Source of the DNA: Euprymna scolopes
Taxonomy: Eukaryota
Direction: 5' to 3' (one strand)
Assembly: GCA_053919585.1 (NCBI GenBank)
Contig: CM132823.1
Length of the DNA: 64,000 nt
The notes under the pieces are model-generated. The model made no database searches. It saw nothing but the letters and a program-made list of their open reading frames with translations, and was not told where the DNA came from. Below, in pieces: positions 40,115 through 51,326 of this stretch; the stretch's first letter is position 1, and each line of letters begins with the position of its first letter. The translations under genes were made by a program, and so were the position numbers.

Positions 40115-41850
40115 TGATAAATTGTCTGTGCTTATTATTTAATTACAAACACACCAATCAATTAACTCACATTTTATTATTTTTGGATATGTTACTAATT
40201 TCGACAATCATTTTTCATGATTGTAACTCACATTATTGCCCGCTGGCCTTAAAAATAATAACTTTGATATATTGTTTGGTTTGATGATTTCATTGAAAAA
40301 ATACCAATATATTAACTCACATTTCATCATTTTTCATAATTCTTGGATATGTTACTAATTTCGACAATCATTTTTCATAATATTAACCCACATTATCGCC
40401 CCCTTCTTTACGAAAATGATAACTTTAATATATTCTCTACGTTGTTTATTTCATTGCAAACACACCAATCGATTTATTTACGTTTCATCATTTTTCATAA
40501 TTCTTGGATATGTTTTTTATTTCGACAATCGTTTTTTATAATTTTAACCTACATTATCGCACTCCTTACGAAAATAATAACTTTGATATATTATATGAGT
40601 TTATTATTTCATTAAACACACAAATAAACTCACATTTCATAATTTTTCACAATTCTTGATTATGTTACTAATCTCGACAATCATTTTTCATAGTTTAAAC
40701 CCACATTATCGCCCCCCCCCCTTAACAAAAATAATAATTGATATATTGTCCGGGTTTATTTTTTCATTACAAACACCCCAATCTATTAACTCACATCTCA
40801 TCATCTTTTTTAAATTCTTAGATATGTTACTAATTTTGACAATCATTTTTCATAATTTTTACCAACATTATTGTGCCCCCCCTTTACGAAAATAATAACT
40901 TTGATATATTGTGTAGTTTTTTTTTTCATTACAAACGCACCAATCGAATTATTCACATTTCATCATTTTTCATAATTCTTGGATATGTTACTTATTTTAC
41001 AATCATTTTTTATATTTGTAACCTACGTTATCGACTCCCCCTTTACGAAAATAATAACTTTAATAACTTTACGAAAATAATAACTTTGTCTGGGAAGATT
41101 ATTTCAATTCAAACAGACCAATAAATAAACTCACATGTCATCATTTTTCATAATTCTTGGATATGTTTCTCATTTCGACAATCACTTTTTATCATTTCAA
41201 CCCACATTACTACCCGTCTTACAAAAATAATAACTTTGATATATTGTCTGGGTTGTAAATTTCATTACAAAGACATCAATCGATTTAATCACATCTCATC
41301 ATTTTTCATAATTCCTGGATATGTTACTAATTTTGGCAATCATTTTTCATAATTTAACCCATATTATAGCTATGCCTTACGAAAAGTATTTACATTAATG
41401 TATTGTCTGGACCGATTATTTAACTACAAACGCACCAATCAATTAATTAAAATTTCAACATTTTTCATAATTCCTGGATAGGTTACTAATTTCGACAGTA
41501 ATTTTTATAATTCTAATAAACATTATCGCCTCCTCTCACCGTACGAAAATAATAACATTGGCATATCGTCTAGCTTTATTATTTCATTACAAACGCACCA
41601 ATCAATTAACTCGCATTTCATCATATTTCATAATTATTGGATCTGTTACTAATTTCGACAACATTTTTTTTATAATTTTAACCTTTATTTTGGCCACCCT
41701 TTTAACAAAAATAATAACTTTGATATATTGTCTAGGCCGATTATTTCATTACAAACACACTAATCAATTAACTCACATTTCATCATTTTTCATAATTCCT
41801 GGATATGTTACTAATTTCGACAATAGTTTTTCATATTTTTAAACCCTATT
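40115..41850. repeat. Satellite array, ~160-bp unit, ~11 copies
   Basis: ggatatgttactaatttcgacaatcatttttcat motif at about 40185, 40345, 40506, 40658, 40820, 40981, 41159, 41316, 41476, 41639, 41801. Confidence 0.92.
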
Positions 41851-41916
41851 ATCTTAAAATATATTTTATTTTGTATTTTTTTAAAAGGGGGTAAAAGCCT
41901 GGTAGAAAACTATATA

Positions 41917-41966
41917 ACGCGTAATTGGCCTTTTGGCTAAGATGAAAGTGTAGTATCTGTTCTGAT
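41917..41966 (+). pseudogene. U2 snRNA 5' fragment
   Basis: ggccttttggctaagatgaaagtgtagtatctgttctgat matches U2 nt ~11-50 including the GTAGTA branch-site pairing region; the rest of U2 is absent. Confidence 0.85.
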
Positions 41967-43195
41967 GCGAAATCATCTACATTCCCCCTCTTCATAATCA
42001 GAAAAAGTGGAAGTAATGCTTAGGAGAATGAACATGCACTAATTCACCACACCCTGCCCTCCAGAGTACTTTTTAAAGCGACATAATCGTACTCCCCCTA
42101 TCATCAACACGTGACGTCACTTCCGGACAATGACTCAGCAGTTTTTCGAAATACATGATGTCATTATAAATTTAATGTATTTTTTAAATATGTGTATTAC
42201 ACTGTAGAAGCACCTTATTTAAAATTCATGCTACTCAAAAAATAAATATTTCAAAGTATAGTGATTAGGCAACACTTGCTTTACAATAAATTATTCAAGA
42301 AATTGGATTGGGAAACAGATACTTGATACTAAACAAAAACAGAGATAATTCATGTCAGTTTCTTATTTAATAAATTTTTAGGTGAAAGTACAGAATAGTC
42401 TAAATAATACCTTCCCCTCCCTATATTAAAAATGGCTTTCTAACTAATAATGTTATTAATTCAGCACTGTCCCTATTCTGTGTGCCATTCCCTCTTCTCC
42501 GTCGTAAAATTATGTATGAAATTAAGTAAATAGGAGATCATAAAAAAGATGTGTTTTCATATTTACAAATTTCAAACCGCGAATAAAATGTACGTATGAT
42601 TTAGTTTTTTATTTTTATTTTTTTGAATACAAAAACATAAAAAAATGAGTTGGTGTCATCAGTTTCCCACCCTGACAAAAAAACAAAACAAAACAAATGC
42701 ACACGTATGCGCACAATAAAACAAAATATCAGCTAATGTTTAATGAACATTTTACATTTAAATTTGCCGATGCGATATACACGCATGTAAGCAAAGATAT
42801 TATTCGCTATAACCTACCCTTGGTTCATGAATATTATTTCCTGAGAATTTCAGTGCTATGTGACCAGTAGTTTAATGGTTTACCTGTTAGATATTTACAC
42901 ACACATACGTCTACTGTTTTATTTACAATATTTATGCCCCACCCTGTAATATTAATTAGAAATATTTTCTTTGGAGATACTCACAATAGTGAATAAAGGA
43001 GATTTGTCGATTCTTATTCAGGAAGAGTATTGCATTGCACTAAATTGAAATAATGGAAAGACTGGTAAAAGAAGTCAACGAAAATAAAAGCGTTGTCTGG
43101 TAATAAACGATTTCTACATATGCCGTAAACTAAAACGAAAGCATCATAATAATGCAATGCTGATCCTCTTAAAGTATCAGACATAAAATACGTTT

Positions 43196-44015
43196 TTCAA
43201 CTGATTTGTTAATAGCAAGAATATGCGATAAACTTAACATTAATAGATTTATACTCTTTTCAGAACTGCAACATTACATGTGAAATGTTTTTGACTCCTG
43301 ATGGGGGGTAGATATTTAATCGCTGTGCACCGCAGCAAAATGTGGCACAGGTCGGAAAGTGCAGAACAGGAAAGCTCCCCTAAAGAAGAGGTACTCTTGC
43401 CTCAACAAAAATTACCTGGCATCCGTGGCATTCCCCGGTAGGAGCGCCTCAGGCGACAAGCAATTAACTTGCCTCACCGGAAAGCCTAGTGACAAGGCCT
43501 GGGAGGGTGGACCTGCTAGGTAGTACCCAATCGATGTACCTCAGTCCGACAAGCGCTGACCGGTTCCCGTCCCCTCACCTGAGGGGTTGAGTTTACAGAA
43601 CGGATCCTTGATGAGTACTCTACCCTGTCTCCCAGCAGCCGAAGCCGCTAGGAGACACATCCCCCACCACGAGTGATGGGGGGGGATATGAGACCAATTA
43701 TTTCGACAATCGTTTTTATAATCACCGGCTGTGCTAACCAACCAATGAAAACCTTCCAAAGTTACTATAAAAATTGTCGAATTTTGGATTCAATCAGTTC
43801 GCCGTTAACTACGTCACGGACCGCATTTGATTCTTGGCCGCCATCTTTGTTACAAGCAATTACTTTACATTCAGTATCGGGGCTGCACTGCTTCTCCATC
43901 GCCATCTTTGTTCAACAGAATGTCTCAACACTTAAGAGGTTTCAACTGATTTTTTAATAGCAATAATATGCGATAAACTTAAAACTAGTAGATTTATACT
44001 CTTTTCAGAACTGCT
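43196..44015. repeat. ~75-bp direct repeats (spacing 745) around a GC-rich structured core
   Basis: ttcaactgatt..aatagcaa.aatatgcgataaacttaa...ttttcagaactgc at 43196 and 43941; the second copy enters a gap. Confidence 0.7.
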
Positions 44016-44452
44016 NNNNNNNNNNNNNNNNNNNNNNNNNNNNNNNNNNNNNNNNNNNNNNNNNNNNNNNNNNNNNNNNNNNNNNNNNNNNNNNNNNNNN
44101 NNNNNNNNNNNNNNNNNNNNNNNNNNNNNNNNNNNNNNNNNNNNNNNNNNNNNNNNNNNNNNNNNNNNNNNNNNNNNNNNNNNNNNNNNNNNNNNNACAT
44201 ATTAAAGGTATATACAGGTTCTCTTCCAAATTTTTGGGGTTTAATCATGTCAAATCACACTTCATTTCCATTTGACGGATTGATTGTTCCTATTTTTCTG
44301 ATGAGTTAAGGGCATAATAGATTCACTGATTGATATAATAAGTAAGTGATAGATTTTGCGCTACAGAACAGATACTGTTCAGAATTGAGTTAAAGAAATA
44401 AATTATAAGATGCTCAACATCATGAATTTTGGAATATAGTTTTTGTCATCTA

Positions 44453-44489
<37 letters not shown>

Positions 44490-44550
44490 ACTGGTAAAAC
44501 TGATAATAAGTAAAAACTTGCAGAGAGTGCTCAATACTATTGCAGAGCAA

Positions 44551-44712
44551 ATATGTTTTATTTTTTTATTACCGTTTTATCTGTTTGGCTACATATGTTT
44601 ACGATCCGACAGCTTCGTCAGGCCTCGCAGAAGTTTTCTGAGACACCTGACGAAGCTGTCGGATCGTAAACATATGTAGCCAAACAGATAAAACGGTAAT
44701 AAAAAATAGAAC

Positions 44713-44715
<3 letters not shown>
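44551..44715. repeat. Near-perfect palindrome (~70-bp arms) with hammerhead-like motifs
   Basis: 44563-44622 is the reverse complement of 44646-44706; the spacer is itself partly self-complementary. Confidence 0.9.
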
Positions 44716-44763
<48 letters not shown>

Positions 44764-44799
44764 ACAAAGGGCACGGTCTAAGCCGGGTTGACATGCTAG

Positions 44800-44834
<35 letters not shown>

Positions 44835-45366
44835 GTGTATATACATATATGTATTTATATGGATAAAAATGTGGCACGCGTCTGCGGATGGAATGTAAGG
44901 AACATTACAGCTAAACCAGAATTGTTTCAATATTTCTCACGAATATAAACAAAATTTGTTATTGCTTGAGAAAGAATGTAGCAGTTAAAGGAATCTGGTT
45001 ATGTTCATGTTTGTAAGAATTGACAGGAAAAAGTAACACAAAAAAAGATTGGCAGATCTAGTTTTGATTGTCAACCAAGTGGACGCAACGATATACTTTT
45101 CTCTGTCGCTCTCCCACTCCTCTCTCTATCCGCCATAATGGAGGAACAACAAGGAATAAAAACGGACTGTTGCTTACACCAAATATGTTGATGTGTATTT
45201 GAATTTTAGAAANNNNNNNNNNNNNNNNNNNNNNNNNNNNNNNNNNNNNNNNNNNNNNNNNNNNNNNNNNNNNNNNNNNNNNNNNNNNNNNNNNNNNNNN
45301 NNNNNNNNNNNNNNNNNNNNNNNNNNNNNNNNNNNNNNNNNNNNNNNNNNNNNNNNNNNNNNNNNT

Positions 45367-46207
45367 TCTCACTCTTTTCCCTGGATTGAAACATTTGACG
45401 CATGGCATGGCGCATTGCCCATCATGGTAGTACACGAATTGTGGAGTTAACCTGCCTTCACATATGTACAACCACTGAGTGTTTGAAAAAGCGATGCAGC
45501 TCCAAGTCATCACTCTTCTTCCTCCAAATTTTACAATCAAGAGTAAATGCCTATCCTTTCCTACGGCAGAAATAAACGGGCCCAGATGTACCCAAAAAGC
45601 TGATGAAAAAGTGAATATATGCATATTCACATAAAATATGTATTGTTCTTTTCAAAGTTTAGAAAAAAGAAGCTTTGAACTTATCGCCAAATTACTTTCG
45701 TCAGACGAATCAATTTTGGCCCAATCATCATCAAGTTCAGAAGGAAACTCTGAACAACTTTTCATTCTTCAGGGGATGTTTTTTCCCAAAAAATCTGCCT
45801 TATCTGGGGGTTGGAGACATTTTACGGCCTTGTTCTATTCGATCTTTGTTTCCTTGTACTTTTTAATCGTTGTTTGAACTCCCTTCCTTAAACATTCTAT
45901 TTTCCTGGCAATTTCTACCTGAGAATATCCTTTAACATTAAAAGTAACAATGTGTGCCCTTTCAATCTCCGAAAGATGCTACTTTGGAGTCATTTTCAAT
46001 TAAATATACTTCTATAGCACTAGCAGGAATCAAATATTACCTGAAAAATAAGCGACAATTTTAGTATGAGAATGAATCATTTTGAATATTAGAATGCATT
46101 TAGTATGAAACGCATCTAAAACCGTTGAAATAGTTTTAAAGCAAATAAATACTACAATCTACTGTTAACTGTTTTACATCTGCCCTATTTCCGTATAGGC
46201 GTTACTG
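45367..46207 (-). mobile_element. Degenerate Tc1-like transposon (distinct family)
   Basis: Minus-strand peptide ..FSSAF..HLGP..VKFGGRRVMTWSCIAF; start-like atgactccaaag near 45990; terminus TA|CAGTAACGCC at 46207. Confidence 0.65.
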
Positions 46208-46390
46208 TATTTTAAAGAGATCGGTCAAAGAAAGACCATGTAAGTATAATTCTCCAATTCNNNNNNNNNNNNNNNNNNNNNNNNNNNNNNNNNNNNNNNN
46301 NNNNNNNNNNNNNNNNNNNNNNNNNNNNNNNNNNNNNNNNNNNNNNNNNNNNNNNNNNNNNNNNNNNNNNNNNNNNNNNNNNNNNNNNNN

Positions 46391-48215
46391 ATTCCAGAAA
46401 AAAATTAGTGAAATGGGTAAAAAGTGGTTTACTTTCTTCTGAGGAAGCTAGTGAGATTAGACCCTCGGGCTCTATCCGTCCAAGATTATATGGCCTACCC
46501 AAAACACACAAAGCGGATATTCCCTTAAGACCCATTCTATCTATGGTAGGGTCCTCACAACAAAAGGTTGCAAAATGGATCTTCAATATTCTTCAGGCAG
46601 TATCAAATTATTATAGTAAATACAGTCTGACTACATGCAAAAATCAACGAGTACAAATAAATTTGTGTGTTCGTATGATATCAGCAATTTATTTACTTTC
46701 GTCCCAGTTTAAGAAACGATAGATATTTGTGCTGACTTTTTATATCGCAGCCAAAGTCCAACACCTTCCGTTCCTGAACACGTATTTGTTGAACTAATTA
46801 AATTTGCCGTTACACCCATTGAATTTAGTTTTAATGATGTAGTGTACAGGCAAATTGAAGGCGTGTCGATGGGCTCCGCGTTGGGACCTACATCGGCCAA
46901 CATTTTTGTAGGATTCCATGAGGAAAAATTAATGTCCGGACCAATAAAACCATCGGTCTATTTTAGATATGTGGAAGACACGTTTTGCCTATTTGATAGT
47001 AATTCGTAGGCAAACGAATTTTTCTCGTTACTAAACAGTATGCATCCGGCGTTAAAGTATACGTATGAAAGTGAAAATAATTCCGCCCTGACGTTTCTCG
47101 ATGTTTTGGTAACGAAAACTCCATCTAGTTACCTCACATCGATTTATCGCAAACAAACATTCACTGGGCTGTATACACGCTGGGATTCTTTTTGCCCTAA
47201 CAAGCGCAAATATAATGCAATCTGGACATTAATACATCGTGCCCAAATTATCTGCTCGCCAGAAAAATTGGATGAAGAATTAAATACAATTACAGATGCT
47301 TTGTCCAATAATGGGTATCCTTTAGATGTAATTGAAACCACCATTGAAAGGAAAAGAGCAGATTTTATACGAACAAAACCCACTATGGTAGATAAATGTC
47401 CGGTTTATATTCGATTGCCATGGTTGGGGAAAGTAAGTGAAAAATTCACAAAACAAATTAGTGCAACTGTTGAAGGATGTTATTTTGCTTCAAATGTTCG
47501 TGTTGTATATAATACGAAACCATTAATGGCTTCCAATAAAAAAAAAAGATGTTCTACCCCCTCATCATATTAGTAATGTTATTTATTCATTTAAATGTGC
47601 TTGCGGTGCCGACTACGTAGGTCGAACGTCTTTAAAATTGGAAAATCGCATACAACAAAATGTACCGAGCAAAATCAGGAATGGAACATTCCTACCTACC
47701 GACGCTGTAAACAACACATATGGATCCGCTATAACGGAACACTTTATTAAATATTGGGATTGTGCAACGAACTTCAGCATCGACTCTTTCTCCGTATTGA
47801 GTCGAGCTCACTCCGTATATCATCTAAAAGGCGTGGAGACTGTTCACGTTCGCCGTAGGAAGCCTTCCCTTTGTAAGCAAAAGGACTGCTTGTTTGGTTT
47901 GAACGTGATCAGCCTCTAAAATTCATCCCCATACGATTGCTCTTGCTCCCGTCACTTTTTTAGATTTTATCATTAAGGAAAACAAATTACTGAAAAATAA
48001 ATCACCCGATTCCAATTTTGATGAGTGAGAGCGAAACTTGTCAATTGACTCGTTTTGATTTTGTTTTTCCTCTATTTTCCTACTTTTATTTTTTAGTCGC
48101 TATCAATTTTCCTTTTCTCCTCGGTCTTTATTTTTTTAATATAAAATGAATTCCGAAGGAATACGTTTTCCCTTCAAGATTGCCTTAATAAAGTTTTGTA
48201 CGCCCAAGAATATCA

Positions 48216-48218
<3 letters not shown>
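46391..48218 (+). mobile_element. Penelope-like retroelement (RT + GIY-YIG) with 3' hammerhead, frameshifted
   Basis: YGLPKTHKADIPLRPI, GVSMGSALGP..ANIFVG, YFRYVEDT, IYRKQTFTG, VIYSFKCACGADYVGRT. 5' end in gap; 3' end runs into (TA)n. Confidence 0.92.
48013..48047 (+). ncRNA. Minimal hammerhead in Penelope 3' region (C3 mutated to U)
   Basis: caatt-tTGATGA-gt gaga gc-GAAA-c tt g-TC-aattg. Confidence 0.7.
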
Positions 48219-48273
<55 letters not shown>

Positions 48274-48439
48274 GGGGTATTGTGTATATAAACAGCGAAT
48301 TTTATTTTAGACAACTGGGTTGGGTGAAGAACGATAATATTTTCTTTCTTACGCTTTACTGGTATTGAGCTTACACAATTATTCAGAAAATTGGAGAAGC
48401 ACGATCATTGTCCGTGAAATAAGGTGATATTCTTTTTAA

Positions 48440-48475
<36 letters not shown>

Positions 48476-48477
<2 letters not shown>

Positions 48478-48567
48478 ATTTATAAAATATATATTGCGAT
48501 TAAGCTACACTAAATATTCGGCGATTCATCCACTCTAGGATTCCTCAGGCTTATGCGCATGAAGTAG

Positions 48568-48635
<68 letters not shown>

Positions 48636-49270
48636 CTACTTAATTTACTCACATAAAATTAATATACGAAAGTATAGATTTATGCGTAAACTTTAAGTAT
48701 TTACCTAAAAAGTGCTCAATACGTAGGTAGAGCTAGTTAGTAATTCATAAAATATATATGGCGATTAAGCTACACTGAATATTCCGCGTTTCATCCACTC
48801 TAGGACTCTTCAGGCTTATGCGCGAATTCTGTGGTTGTTTATCGTTTTTTATATGCTCCTCTTCTATTGAGATTTTAGTTAGCCAATCAGCTTTCTAGTA
48901 TCCACCGCGCCCTTCCTATCAGCCAATGAGCATGCATTTATCGGACAAAGGCCTATTTGGCCTCTGATTTACCTGTTTCTTTGTGTGTGCTCTATTTAGT
49001 TTCTTGATCTGTTTTAAAACTAGGTAAGTGTCTTTTTTAATGTTAGTTTATATATAAATATATATGTGTGCACATACATATATGCACATATATATACATA
49101 TATATATAAATACATATATAGCTGATTGGCTAACTAAAACCTCAATAGAAGAGGAGCATATAAAACGATAAACAACCACAGAATTCGCGCATAAGCCTGA
49201 AGAGTCCTAGAGTGGATGAAACGCGGAATATTCAGTGTAGTTAATCGCCATATATATTTTATAAATTACT
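48476..49270. mobile_element. Hammerhead element family F: two minus copies and one inverted plus copy
   Basis: Repeats at 48476-48558 and 48739-48892; 49120-49270 is the reverse complement of 48739-48892; all embedded in (TA)n. Confidence 0.85.
48761..48823 (-). ncRNA. Type I hammerhead ribozyme (family F, intact copy)
   Basis: Minus strand: gcgcataagc-CTGAAGA-gtcc tagagt ggat-GAAA-cgc g gaatattc a gtg-TA-gcttaatcgc. Variants at 48496-48558 (-) and 49187-49248 (+). Confidence 0.8.
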
Positions 49271-49286
49271 ATATATATATATATAT

Positions 49287-49531
49287 TGTTGTGGGCTACA
49301 AATCACTCCTATTTCAGAACTAAGTGGAATCAACTAGTCCTATGAATACCACTGCATTCAGAGACAAAAGGGAGACATTTATACCATGTTTAAGCGCATG
49401 CTACGAACACGTTCCTCTCATACCACTTTAGTGGCTCCTGTATTCTATATAATAAATACATTTTATATTTTATACACTTTACACTACTTGTGGTTTCTTT
49501 CATGTGTAACCCCTAGCACGGGTCTACAAAA
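49287..49531 (+). repeat. 5' LTR
   Basis: tgttgtgggctacaaatcac...ggtctacaaaa, homologous to 57162-57372. Confidence 0.9.
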
Positions 49532-51326
49532 ACTAGCTTACGAGGACGATTCAAAAACTTCCCGGATCAATGTACAATAATTACTAACAACAACTGAATG
49601 ACAAAACTTCGGGCAACATTGGAAGACAGCATTTGACGACCAAAAGGATTCAAGAAAAAAAACACACGCGGATATTCGAAATAATTTTTCCTACACTCAC
49701 GAGAAATTCGAAACTTCAAAAGTATTTAGAAAAAGGACAACGATTCTTGCTGAAAAAAGGATTTTACAAAGACGTTGTAAAAAAGCCTTATCTTTCTGTT
49801 TAAAAAGCTAATAAACCGTAAACTACGAGCTGAAACAGAATTCATGAAGAATGAATTGCGTGGCGGATTATTACTACTGAATTAACAAGACCAAGTTTTC
49901 AGTAAGTAAAAGAAACAACTTTTGTTCCATCCCGATAAAAAGTAAAGTTGAAAAAACTTTGTCTTTCTAAAAAGCATGTCTTGCTAATACGTCGTATAGT
50001 TAAAAGGCATTACCGTTGGAAAAAGAAAAAAAAAACGATATTTTTTTTGTCTACAACGAACATTTGCACACATTACAAAAGACGTCGGATTTTTAAATTC
50101 GATTAAAATACACTTTTCACTGGTCGACGGGACTGCACGTAGAAGAAGAAAACAAACTATTTCGCTCAACACGACAAATAAAGTGTTAACGAGAAAGGGG
50201 CATTCTTTTTCTCACAGAGATCAAAAACAATAGCCAATATATAAATAAATGCTACAAACTCTTTCACAGATAAGTAACTTTTTCTTTTTAAAGAAAAAAG
50301 AAGAAAAAATGTGCAGGATCAACAAGAAATCGAACCCAGTACCTACACGTTACGAAAATTGAATAATGACAACCGAAATCTACTGCTTTCTGTTTAAATG
50401 AAAACGCCGAATTATTTTCTCAGACAAATTGCTACACGAGGAAATAAATATACTTAAAAAAATATTCGTTAAATAACCAGGTACGAATTTCGTAAAGCTT
50501 TTTTTCTATAGAGTTGGTACTATAGGAACAGAAAATCAACGAATTGGGTTGTTTCTGAAAAAAAACTCGTTTTGTCATATTAAGTAATTCCATACCGTTA
50601 AAAAATCAAAATGGACAATTTTGCCAAACAAATTTTGGAAATGGTGAAATTCTAACAATTAAAACTTGAAAAACGGTTCAGAGAAGAGCAATTGGCAATA
50701 CAGAAACAAAAAGAAGCGAAATACTTGACAATACAGAAACAGAACAAGGAGGAAACAGTTAAATTTAATAAAATATCTCCAAGAAAAACGAGGAAGAGAA
50801 AAGAAAGAAATGAACGAACAAATATTAGAAAAGCAATACGAGTTTATGAAATTATTCGAGGAAAAACAGGAAAGAGAAAGGAAAGAAATGAATGAACAAA
50901 TATTGGAATTGATAAAATTACATTTAGAGCAACAAAACTAGATAAAAAAAATGGATTTGATAATGCAAGTTATAGTGAATAAGGACAGCGGAGAAGAAAC
51001 CAGCACGGCCTTTTTCCCAAAATGACATCTGGTCAGCTATTGATGTATTTCACTATGCTCCTAAGGAAGACCTAACATTTAAGGCATATTTTTAAAATTG
51101 ATTGCAGTGCATGGACGGATCAAAAGAAGATTCATTTATTGCTACGGAAGTTAGGTACATCCGAACATAACAAATTCGTGGACTTTATTTTACCAAGAAA
51201 AACAAACGAATTGTTGTTTGACGAGGCAGTCAAACTATTAATGGAGTTATACTGTCAAAAAAGAAGCATTTTTCATAAAAGATGAAAATGCATGAATCTT
51301 ACACATAAGGAGAGTCAAGACTATAC

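Larger units (their letters stand above)
38823..42920 (-). mobile_element. Large non-autonomous Helitron-like element with internal tandem arrays
   Basis: CTAG at 38823 with hairpin tccggagttgcccgga. Internal ~58-bp (38950-39190), ~170-bp (39200-39800) and ~160-bp arrays. Far boundary approximate (ACAC tract near 42900). Confidence 0.5.

Noticed and set aside
40115-41850. Regular repeat array as CRISPR or repeat-protein gene
   Set aside because: Whole ~160-bp units are homologous with no unique spacers, no cas genes, and no continuous reading frame; it is satellite DNA.
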